Assembly (NCBI GenBank): GCA_036918135.1
Contig: JBALDB010000013.1
Span: 1-60,988 of the forward strand
From: Nostoc sp.
Lineage (GTDB): Bacteria > Cyanobacteriota > Cyanobacteriia > Cyanobacteriales > Nostocaceae
Length of the DNA stretch: 60,988 nucleotides
Reading direction: 5' to 3'
Positions 43,960 to 53,700 of this stretch are shown piece after piece (within the stretch, counting starts at the first letter, position 1; the number at the start of each line of letters is the position of its first letter). The notes beneath the pieces are model-generated. The model had not been told where the DNA came from. It ran no database searches and saw only the letters and a program-made list of their open reading frames with translations. The translations under genes were made by a program, and so were the position numbers.

Positions 43960-44700
43960 TTAAAAACTACCAAGAGGAATTCGAGAAATTAAAGAAAATA
44001 CACCGAATCCTACTAATAATGCCCCGCTAACTGGGTTAATCCAACCAGACCAGCGACGCAATTCTAGCAACTTTTTAATTGAAGCAGTAAAAGTACCCGC
44101 TAAAATTAATGGTGCTACGTAACCAGCTGTATAGGAAAGTAGTAAAATAGCACCTAAAATTAAGTCTTTTGTATTGGCAATCCAACCCAGCAAGCTAGCT
44201 AAAACAGGCGTGCTACAAGGAGATGCAACCAAACCGAAAGTCAGCCCCAGTAAATAGGAACGCAATCCTGTGGGTAAATCTGGGGAAATCCAATTTGTTT
44301 CGTTCAAGGATGGAAATGAAAGAGGTAGGGCTTCCAATAAGTTCAGCCCCATGAGAATGGCGATGATGCTAACAACTATCGGTAAACCAATTCCCACTTG
44401 ACCGTAGACTTTTCCTACCAAACCTGCTAATATTCCTAACCCTGCCAGTGTAGTTGCTAACCCCAAAGCAAACCAAGTTGATTGTGCAGCACCTTGGAGG
44501 CGGCTTTTTGCTTCATAACCACCGATGTAACCAATGGTAATTGGCAGCATAGAAAGCATACAAGGCGTAAGGCTGGTGAGTAAGCCAGCTGCAAAGATAA
44601 TCCCGACGCTCAAGACGCTAATATGCGTCAGTTGTTGAGAAACAAGGGAGTTGGCAAATTGTTCTAGTTGGTAAAGTCGAGTTTCTAAGGTCTCAAACAT
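43960..44700 (-). CDS. ccdA: Cytochrome c biogenesis protein CcdA
   Basis: SLTPCMLSMLP and ASPCSTP cysteine motifs. Confidence 0.94.
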   Translation of the reverse strand: MFETLETRLYQLEQFANSLVSQQLTHISVLSVGIIFAAGLLTSLTPCMLSMLPITIGYIGGYEAKSRLQGAAQSTWFALGLATTLAGLGILAGLVGKVYGQVGIGLPIVVSIIAILMGLNLLEALPLSFPSLNETNWISPDLPTGLRSYLLGLTFGLVASPCSTPVLASLLGWIANTKDLILGAILLLSYTAGYVAPLILAGTFTASIKKLLELRRWSGWINPVSGALLVGFGVFSLISRIPLGSF

Positions 44701-45340
44701 GAAGTGTTCCTAAGCGTGAAATGCTTACTCTGCTTGAATTTTAGCTTAGGTTTACCTATTTTGTCTTCAAGGTAGGTGTACGGCTGACTTTTCACGGTAT
44801 GTAAAAAAGTCGGAGGGTGTAGGGGCGTAGAAGTGATAATATTTCACTATAATCTGTAATACATATAGATTTTCCGTATAAATTCACAAATGTATATTTG
44901 TGTCAACTTTTAGATAGAAATAGCTTCACTACTGGTTTATATTACCTGCCTTAAACCTAAGTTCAAGGCTAACAGCTAAACTTTACTGAAGTAGATTAAA
45001 GATTTTTGGGTATATTTAGTCATTTTTAGAAGAATTTTTCTATCAGCAAGAACATCAGTTTGACTTAAGTTGACACTAATAACCGCTGTGCTACCCTACC
45101 AAGGTATTTGTATCAACCTAAAAGTGAAACGGTGTTAGAAAACTCGGCTCATATAGAACTTTGTTAATTAGTCTTTGAACCGGATGAATCCACCTTTGAT
45201 ACTCGTCAATGAGTATTTTAACCGGATAAAATCAGCTCTGAACCTCAAAAATCTTTCTTTTGAAATATATTATTTTTATTACTATAGGTATAATGTCGCC
45301 CCTATTTAGTTAAAGCTTTGTGAAACTTACCAAAATAGAA

Positions 45341-45440
45341 TATAGAGCAAGCGAATTAAAGGTTAGGACATCTTGAAAGCCTAGATGTTAGGAATAGTAA
45401 TGTTTTACCTCCTGCCTCTTGCCTCCTGCCTCCTGCTATA
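45341..45440 (+). mobile_element. MITE family T copy with degenerate left end
   Basis: TAGGAATAGTAAT...TACCTCCTGCC...CCTGCTATA shared with 58881-58988. Confidence 0.65.
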
Positions 45441-45491
45441 GTTCCTTCGTATTAAAAACGAAGCACCCCAAACTATTATTTAGTAGACAAT

Positions 45492-48400
45492 ATGACACCC
45501 CGGCGGTCTTCCAAAAAGTCTGAATCTAACTCCACTACAGGGCAAGCTAGCAATAGCGAACAACAACAAGAAAATCAAAAGGAATTATTTCCAATTGTCG
45601 CAATGGGAGCTTCTGCTGGTGGATTGGAAGCATTTACACGATTACTGAGTCATTTGCCAAGCGATACAGGCATGGCATTTGTGCTGATTCAACACTTAAG
45701 CCCCAATCAAAAAAGCTTGTTGAGCGAAATTCTCTCTGGCATAACTCAGATGCCTGTATTTGAGGTAGAAGATGGTACGGTGGTGAAACCAAATCATGTG
45801 TACGTGATTCCGCCTAATGCCAAGATGACTATTTCTGAGGGGGTATTGAAACTATCGCCTCGGCAGAAGACGCGCGGTCATTTTATGACAGTCGATGCTT
45901 TCTTTGTTTCCTTAGCAGAGGAGCGGGGAAGCAAAGCGATCGCAGTGGTACTATCGGGGGGTGACGCAGATGGGGCGCGGGGACTAGAAGTTATCAAAGG
46001 GGTTGGGGGCATTACCTTTGCCCAGTGCGAACAAACAGCAAAAGTCACTAGTATGCCAAACACGGCGATCGCTTCTGGTCATGTAGACTTTATCTTACCC
46101 CCAGAAGCGATCGCCGAAGAACTAATAAAAATTAGTTATCATCCTTACGTAGCTAGCAAAACCCTAGTAGAACCAACTGAGCTATTACCTGAAGAAGAAA
46201 ATGCTCTTGCTAGGATTTTCGGTCTACTACGAAATCATACAGGAGTTGACTTTTCTTTCTACAAACAAAGCACACTCAAGCGGCGGATCTTACGCCGGAT
46301 GATTTTATACAAGCTCGAAAGGCTGGAAGATTACGTCCGCTATCTTCAAGATAATCATGGAGAAGTGAGTGCCTTATATCAGGATGTGCTGATCTCCGTA
46401 ACTTGTTTTTTTCGAGATCCCGAAGCTTTTGAGGCTTTAAAAACGAACGTATTTCCTAATATTGTCAAAGGCCGAACCCCAGATTCACCCTTGCGGGTCT
46501 GGGTAGCAGGATGTTCAACGGGTGAAGAAGCTTACTCAATTGCCATTTGTCTACTGGAATATTTAACAGGTCTGGGAATTAATCCCCCCGTGCTGATTTT
46601 TGCTACAGACATTAATGAAGTGGCGATTGAGAAAGCACGTAGTGGCATTTACAAGCCTAGCCAGTTAGCAGATGTCTCTCAACAACGTTTAGAGCGCTTC
46701 TTCATTAAGGTAGAGGGTGGTTACCAAGTTAGTCAGCCAGTGCGCGAGTTGTGCGTCTTTGCCAGACAAAACCTAATCGCTGACCCACCTTTTTCTCGCT
46801 TGGATTTGATTACTTGTCGCAATGTGTTGATTTATTTGGGAAACTCACTCCAAAAGAAGCTCCTACCCCTGTTTCACTATGGTCTCAAGCCAACGGGCTA
46901 TCTAATGTTAGGTACTTCTGAGACAGTGGGTGAATTTACCGAATTGTTTAATTTAATAGAGAAAAAGTACAAAATTTATTCCTCAAAAATCGCCTTTAGT
47001 CGAGTGGCGATGGATTTAGTTGCTAACACCTATCCGCGAGAAGTTGCCAACCCTCAGCCTGTAGTAAATGAACAGGCTTGGAACGACTTAGAAATCCATA
47101 AAGAAGCTGACCGGATTGTGTTAAATGAATATGCTCCGGTGGGTGTAATCATCGACAGCGATTTGGAAATTCTGCAATTTAGGGGACAAACCAGTTTGTA
47201 TTTAGAACCTGCACCCGGTAGACCAAGCTTTAATTTGCTGAAGATGGCAAAAGAAGAGTTGCGATTAGAGTTACGCACTGCAATTCATCAGGCAAAAAAA
47301 CAGCAACAGCGGGTTGCCAAGGAAGGTTTAAATTATAGACATGAGGAGCAAATTAGGCAGGTTAAGATTAATATCATTCCCTTCAAACCTAGTGGAGGCA
47401 GGGAAAACTACTTTTTAGTTCTGTTTCATGAAATTCTCTTATCAGCAACGCCTGTCTCACAGCCAACTGAAAATGGTCGCGTCGAGTCTCAGCAGGAAAA
47501 CCGTAAACAGCAAGAAATTAGCCAACTAAAACAAGAGTTGGCAACCACCAAAGAATATCTACAATCAATTATTGAGGAACAGCAAGCAACTAATCAAGAC
47601 TTGAGAGCTGCCAACGAAGAGATTCTCTCAAGTAACGAAGAATTGCAAAGTACCAACGAAGAACTGGAAACCGCCAAAGAAGAAATTCAAGCAACTAATG
47701 AAGAACTGAACACGATTAACGACGAACTGCAACGGCGGAATTTAGAATCCACTCAAGTCGGCAATGATTTACAAAATCTGCTCAGCAGTATCAATATTCC
47801 GATCTTGATGTTAGGAGGTGATTTGCGGATTCGCCGCTTTACACCAATAGCGGCGACAATCTTCAACCTGATTGCCACTGATGTAGGGCGACTACTGAGT
47901 GATATTAAACATACTCTCAATCTCACCGACTTAGAAGAACAAATCTTACAAGTAATTAATACCCTCAACCTCAAAATTCAGGAAGTTCAAGACCAAAAGG
48001 GTCATTGGTATGACCTGCGAATCCGACCCTACCGGACAATAGATCATAAAATTGACGGTGCTGTGGTCGTGTTAGTTGACATTGATGCTCTCAAACGCAG
48101 CCTAGATCAGCTCAAAGCATCTGGGGATTACGCTAAAGCGATTGTAGAAACTGTGCGAGAATCGCTAGTGGTGCTGAATGCAGATTTACGAGTAGTCCTC
48201 GCCAATTTGTCTTTCTACAATATCTTCCAAGTTGTAGCAGCCGAAACACTAGACCGCTCGATTTTTGAGATTGGCAATGGGTTGTGGAATATTCCCCAAT
48301 TGCGATCGCTCCTAGAACAGGTTCTCACAAACAATAGCTCAATTCAAGATTTTGAGATTGAGCATAACTTTGAACTCATCGGGCAGAAAATTATGCGGCT

Positions 48401-49712
48401 CAATGCCCGGAAAATGCCTAAAGTAGACGAAAATACAGAGTTGATTCTGTTGGCGATTGAAGATATTACCCATCTCAAAAAGTGGGAAGCAGAACGCATT
48501 CATTTATTGAATCAAGAACAGTTAGCCCGAACTGCGGCTGAGAGAGCCAATCGTGCCAAGGATGAGTTTTTATCCATGCTTTCCCACGAACTGCGAAACC
48601 CGTTGAATGCCATGCTGGGGTGGGCGCAACTGCTGCGGACACATCAGCTAGATAAAGATACCATTAATCAGGGGCTAGAAGCGATCGAACACAGTACCAA
48701 AGTTCAAGCCCGGTTGATTGAGGATCTCTTAGACATCTCGCGCATCACCTCAGGTAGACTGCGTCTGAACCTCGAACTGATTGAACTTGTGATTGTGGTT
48801 GAGTCAGCGATAAATCTAGTGCGTTTAGCAGCAGAGTCTAAAAATATTCAAATTGAATCTCGGCTTGAGCCTGACACCAGAAAAATTTTAGGTGATGCGG
48901 TTCGCTTACAACAAGTTATTTGGAATTTACTTTCTAATGCGATTAAATTCACACCCAGCGGAGGCAGAATTGAAGTTTTATTAGAATACATTCACGAACA
49001 AGCTCAAATTCAAATCAGCGATACAGGCCAAGGTATCAGCGCCGACTTTCTCCCTTATGTTTTCGAGCGCTTCCGTCAGGCAGATAGCGGTAGAACCCGC
49101 TCAAATACTGGACTGGGACTAGGGCTGACGATTGTGCGTCATCTGGTGGAACTCCACGGTGGTACAGTTGAAGCCCATAGCCCAGGTCAGGGACAAGGGG
49201 CAACGTTTATCGTCAAATTCCCCCTGCCAGCCAACCTCGAAGAAAGTACTGTGCCGAATGCTATCCAGCCATCGGGCTTACGACATTTAGCACCCTCAGA
49301 TGATAACATGCGATCGCTCAATGGTATACGCGTACTTGTGGTGGATGATGAACTACATGTACGCGAGTTTGCGATTACACTGCTCGAACTTTATGGAGTT
49401 GAAGTAACGGCGGTCGCGTCTGCAAGTCAAGCATTATCAACGCTGATGGCAAATCCTGGTGGCTATGACGTACTTTTGTCTGATATCACTATGCCAGATG
49501 AAGACGGTTATACACTGATTCGCCGGGTGAGGGCAATGAGTATTGAAGAAGGAGGACAAATTCCAGCCGTAGCACTGACCGCCCATGCTGGAGATAACGA
49601 GGGTGCAGAGGCTCTGAGTGCAGGTTTCCAAGTGCATCTGCCCAAACCCGTCGAGCCGAGTAGATTAGTACTTGTAGTTGCTTCTTTGACTGGACAAATT
49701 AGAAGAAGTTAA
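45492..49712 (+). CDS. CheB-CheR-coiled coil-PAS-histidine kinase-receiver fusion
   Basis: GASAGG/IQH/DG (CheB); FFRD, AGCSTGEE, CRNVLIY (CheR); NEEL heptads; SHELRNPL; NLLSNAIKF; C-terminal receiver. Confidence 0.92.
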   Translation: MTPRRSSKKSESNSTTGQASNSEQQQENQKELFPIVAMGASAGGLEAFTRLLSHLPSDTGMAFVLIQHLSPNQKSLLSEILSGITQMPVFEVEDGTVVKPNHVYVIPPNAKMTISEGVLKLSPRQKTRGHFMTVDAFFVSLAEERGSKAIAVVLSGGDADGARGLEVIKGVGGITFAQCEQTAKVTSMPNTAIASGHVDFILPPEAIAEELIKISYHPYVASKTLVEPTELLPEEENALARIFGLLRNHTGVDFSFYKQSTLKRRILRRMILYKLERLEDYVRYLQDNHGEVSALYQDVLISVTCFFRDPEAFEALKTNVFPNIVKGRTPDSPLRVWVAGCSTGEEAYSIAICLLEYLTGLGINPPVLIFATDINEVAIEKARSGIYKPSQLADVSQQRLERFFIKVEGGYQVSQPVRELCVFARQNLIADPPFSRLDLITCRNVLIYLGNSLQKKLLPLFHYGLKPTGYLMLGTSETVGEFTELFNLIEKKYKIYSSKIAFSRVAMDLVANTYPREVANPQPVVNEQAWNDLEIHKEADRIVLNEYAPVGVIIDSDLEILQFRGQTSLYLEPAPGRPSFNLLKMAKEELRLELRTAIHQAKKQQQRVAKEGLNYRHEEQIRQVKINIIPFKPSGGRENYFLVLFHEILLSATPVSQPTENGRVESQQENRKQQEISQLKQELATTKEYLQSIIEEQQATNQDLRAANEEILSSNEELQSTNEELETAKEEIQATNEELNTINDELQRRNLESTQVGNDLQNLLSSINIPILMLGGDLRIRRFTPIAATIFNLIATDVGRLLSDIKHTLNLTDLEEQILQVINTLNLKIQEVQDQKGHWYDLRIRPYRTIDHKIDGAVVVLVDIDALKRSLDQLKASGDYAKAIVETVRESLVVLNADLRVVLANLSFYNIFQVVAAETLDRSIFEIGNGLWNIPQLRSLLEQVLTNNSSIQDFEIEHNFELIGQKIMRLNARKMPKVDENTELILLAIEDITHLKKWEAERIHLLNQEQLARTAAERANRAKDEFLSMLSHELRNPLNAMLGWAQLLRTHQLDKDTINQGLEAIEHSTKVQARLIEDLLDISRITSGRLRLNLELIELVIVVESAINLVRLAAESKNIQIESRLEPDTRKILGDAVRLQQVIWNLLSNAIKFTPSGGRIEVLLEYIHEQAQIQISDTGQGISADFLPYVFERFRQADSGRTRSNTGLGLGLTIVRHLVELHGGTVEAHSPGQGQGATFIVKFPLPANLEESTVPNAIQPSGLRHLAPSDDNMRSLNGIRVLVVDDELHVREFAITLLELYGVEVTAVASASQALSTLMANPGGYDVLLSDITMPDEDGYTLIRRVRAMSIEEGGQIPAVALTAHAGDNEGAEALSAGFQVHLPKPVEPSRLVLVVASLTGQIRRS

Positions 49713-49745
49713 TATAGCAGGGGGCAAGGGGCAGAACCTGCTATA
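49713..49745. mobile_element. Minimal family-T-like hairpin between convergent genes
   Basis: TATAGCAGG...CCTGCTATA, 33 bp, starting immediately after the stop codon. Confidence 0.6.
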
Positions 49746-49764
49746 TTTTAACTGCATTCAATTC

Positions 49765-50190
49765 TCAATTTGAGCTATTATTACTGCTTATATCAATTAA
49801 ATGAGTAACTACACAGACTAACTCCTTCAAATCAATTGGCTTATATATATGACTTTGAAAACCTGCTAACAATGCACTGGTGGAGTCTTGCTCGTCAACA
49901 AAAGCTGTCATCGCAATAGCTGGAATTTCTGGCTGCGTTTGTTGTTTATTTACTTTTCTAACTTTCTCCAGCAGTGAGTAGCCGTCTTCACCTGGTAAAC
50001 AAATATCACAGATCAAAATGTCAGGTTGAACATCCGAGACTGCTTCCAAAGCTTCTGGGGCTGAGCCGACTGCAATAACTTCTGCACCTTCTAATTTAAA
50101 CAAAATAGCAAGTATCTTCCTCGTATCAGGGTCATCATCAACAACGAGTAACCGCAGTCCCTTGAGAGATAGTGATTTGTTGGCCATCAT
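49765..50190 (-). CDS. Single-domain response regulator
   Basis: VVDDD, ICDICLP, AMTA and KP receiver motifs. Confidence 0.92.
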   Translation of the reverse strand: MMANKSLSLKGLRLLVVDDDPDTRKILAILFKLEGAEVIAVGSAPEALEAVSDVQPDILICDICLPGEDGYSLLEKVRKVNKQQTQPEIPAIAMTAFVDEQDSTSALLAGFQSHIYKPIDLKELVCVVTHLIDISSNNSSN

Positions 50191-50277
50191 TCTGACTGCA
50201 AAGCAGTTCTTTAGCTTGGTATAAAAATCTACTTGTTTATTGAATGGAATAATAATATCATGTCTGGCTAATTTAGT

Positions 50278-50363
50278 TATAGCAGGGGGCAGGAGGTAAA
50301 ACTATTACTGCTCCTAACATTCACGCTTGTCATTATGTCCTAACTTATGTGACTACGGCTATA
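50278..50363 (-). mobile_element. MITE family T copy (inverted)
   Basis: Reverse complement begins TATAGCCGTAGTCAC and ends CCTGCTATA. Confidence 0.75.
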
Positions 50364-50389
50364 TGATTCCCATAGTCACTGTACCCCAC

Positions 50390-50434
50390 ACACCAGATGC
50401 TCGATTTGGGGAGACCCCAAGACCGCACTGCCTT
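50390..50434 (-). mobile_element. 45-nt hairpin element
   Basis: Minus strand AAGGCAGTGCGGTCTTGGGGTCTCCCCAAATCGAGCATCTGGTGT, similar to 41359-41402. Confidence 0.72.
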
Positions 50435-50625
50435 CCCTTAATCCCCTCCCCACGTGCGCGGGAGAAGAGACAAAGCATAGCTTCGGCTCTTTGGAATTTT
50501 TAATATTTAATAAATAATCAAGCAGACATGATACGATCCATTCATCTATTAGCTTATTAACCCACAAAAAAGCGATCGCTGCATCTACTGAAGGTGAAAA
50601 CTTATTGCATCATCAGGATGAGTAA

Positions 50626-50730
50626 AATTGATAATTGGTGATTGGTAATAGGTAATTGCGAATTGGGAAAAAGGAAATAAATAACTGACGATTACCCATT
50701 ACCCATTACCCATTACCCATTACCGATTAC
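50626..50730. repeat. Inverted STRR heptamer arrays (GGTAATT / ATTACCC)
   Basis: ATTACCC x5 at 50691-50730 facing complementary units at ~50626-50660. Confidence 0.75.
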
Positions 50731-53700
50731 CGATATAACCAAACACGTAAAAGTGAAAGTAATTGTTCGGTATCTACGGGTTTGGTAATGTAGTCTGATG
50801 CGCCTGCTTCAATGCACTTATCGCGATCGCCTTGCATGGCTTTGGCGGTGAGGGCAATAATTGGCAAGGATTGAAAGCGATTGTTTTGGCGGATTTGACG
50901 TGTTGTTTCGTAACCGTCCATTTCTGGCATCATGATGTCCATTAAAACGATATCAATATCTGGTGTAGTTTCTAATAAAGTGATTCCTTCTCTGCCGTTT
51001 TCAGCATATAATACCTGGATTTGATAACGCTCTAACATACTTGTGAGGGCGAAGATATTCCGCATATCGTCGTCTACAATTAGCGCTTTTTTGCCGAGGA
51101 GCAAGTGGTCTCTAGAATGGAGCTGTTCGAGGATTTGTCGCTTGGGTTCTGGCAAATTTGCTTGGACTCGGTGTAAGAACAATGCTGTTTCATCGAGGAG
51201 GCGTTCTGGGGAGCGGACATCTTTGATAATGATTGTCTCTGCAATCCGTCTGAGTTCAGTTTCTTGAGCTTTGCTAATTTCTCTACCTGTGTAGACAATT
51301 ATTGGCAAAGCTTTGCCGTTCGGTAGAAGTTTGATTTGCTCGATCAGTTCAAATCCGGTCATGTCTGGTAGTCCTAAATCGAGGACGAGACAATCAAAAT
51401 GCTGGTTGCGGATGGCCTCTAAGGCTGCTGCACCTGTGTCTACAGCCGTGGTAGCAACGTCGGTGTTGCCAATTAACTCGACAATGCTATGGCGTTGGGT
51501 GTCATCGTCTTCCACTACCAGTAAATTTTTTACTTGGCGTTCGACGAAACCTTTAATTTTGTTCAACGCTTGCGATATTGTCTCACTGGTTAATGGTTTT
51601 TGCAGATATGCGATCGCTCCCAATTGCAAACCGCGCTGTCTGCCTTCCTCAACGGTCATGATGTGTACGGGAATGTGACGGGTATTCGGGTCGTGTTTGA
51701 GACGATCTAATACCGTCCAACCATCCATTTCTGGCAATCTGATATCTAGCAAAATGGCTGAAGGCAGAAATTGCTGGGCTAGCATCAAGCCTGTAGTGCC
51801 AGTTTGGGCTGTGATTGCCTTGAATCCGTGCTGTTGCGCCATCTCTAGAAGGATACGCGCAAAGTTAACGTCATCTTCGATAATTAATAATACGCGATCG
51901 CCAATGGCGATAGTAGTGCGATCGTCATTTATTAGTGCTGAGTGAGGAGATGAAGACCCAGCAAGGGGGAGATACGGTGAATTAGTTGCAGTCCCGGTTT
52001 CCGTCGCTTGCGGTAGCAACACCTCACTGCCGAATCCGTTGGCTCTTAGCGTTCCCGCAGGGTAGGGTGAGGCGGAGAATCGCGCAAATATTCTCTGTGC
52101 GTTGGAGCGTAAGAGTGTCCCCGTGTCTGCGTGTCCATCTCCCTGTGGTAAATAGAATGTAAAGGCGCTGCCTTGACCGGGTTGACTAACTAGTTTGATT
52201 TCGCCGCCAAACAAGTGGGCAATTTCGCGGCTAATTGATAAGCCCAATCCAGTGCCGCCGTATTTGCGACTGGTAGAGCCATCGGCTTGCTGAAATGCCT
52301 CGAAGATGACTCTTTGTTTGTCCGCAGCAATACCGATACCCGTGTCGCTGACTGAAAAGGCGATAACCATCTGGGCGCGATTTAAGGTTTCGTGGTCGAG
52401 ACTCCATCCTTGCTTTGCCACTGCAATCCTCAAGCGCACTTCTCCTTTTTCTGTGAATTTAAAGGCATTGGAGAGGAGATTTTTCAATACTTGTTGTAAG
52501 CGTTTGACATCTGTATAAATGCTGAGTGGCAATTCTGGCAGAAATTCAATTGCAAAACCAAGTCCTTTGCTGTTGGCTATTTGCCGGAAGGTGCGCTCAA
52601 TTTGTTCGCCTAACTCTGCCAACAGCATTTGAGTCATTTCAATTGACATGGTTCCAGATTCAATTTTGGCGAGATCCAGAATGTCATTAATCAACCCCAA
52701 CAAATCTGTACCTGCTGAGTAAATTGTCTGGCTGTATTCGACTTGTTTCTTGCTGAGGTTGCCTTCGATGTTATCTGTTAATAGCTTGGCTAAAATTAAT
52801 AAGCTATTAAGGGGTGTCCGCAATTCGTGGGACATGTTAGCAAGAAACTCTGATTTATATTTTGAGGAGAGGGCGAGTTGTGCGGCTTTTTCTTCTAAAG
52901 ACGTTCTTGCTTGTTCGATTTCCTGATTTTTGCGCTCGACTTCTTTCTTTTGCTGAGCCAGTAATTCTGCCTTTTCTTCTAATTCAGCGTTGGTTTGTTG
53001 CAGTTCTTCTTGCTGTCCTTTGAGTAAATCTTCCGAGGCTTTGAGTGATTGGGCTTGTTGTTCTAAGCGTTTGTTGGTTTCTCGGAGTTCGCTTTGCTGG
53101 GTTTGTAGTTCTTCGGCTAAAGATTGCGACTGCTTGAGTAATTCTTCAGTTCGCATGGAAGCGGCGATCGTGTTGAGGACGATCGCGATACTTTCAGTAA
53201 GTTGGTCGAAGAATGTCAGGTGAATTTCGCTAAAGCGGCGGAAGGATGCTAATTCGATGACTGCTGTCACTTGTCCTTCAAACAGTACGGGTAAGACTAC
53301 GGCATTCAGGGGTGTAGCTTCTCCTAAGCCAGAGCCAATTTTGATGTAGTCGTTCGGCACTTGGGTGAGCAGAATTCGCTCTTTTTCTAAGGCGCATTGT
53401 CCCACCAAACCTTCACCCATGTAGAAGCGGTTAGCTAGATGTTTGCGTTCCCGATAGGCGTAGCTACTAATTAGTTTCAAGTACAGCGTATTTTCCCCAG
53501 ACTCCATCAAGTAGAATAGACCGTGTTGCGCTCCTACCAAGGGTGCGAGTTCTGAGAGAATTAATTTGGATACGGTTTCCAAGTCTCGCTGACCTTGGAG
53601 CATTCGGGTAAACCTAGCGAGGTTAGTTTTCAACCAGTCTTGTTCGGTGTTTTTCTGGGTTGTTTCCCGCAGATTGGCAATCATCTGGTTGATGTTGTCT

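Noticed and set aside
50376..50567. 63-aa ORF
   Set aside because: C-terminal half is the 45-nt element and host repeat; no coding signal
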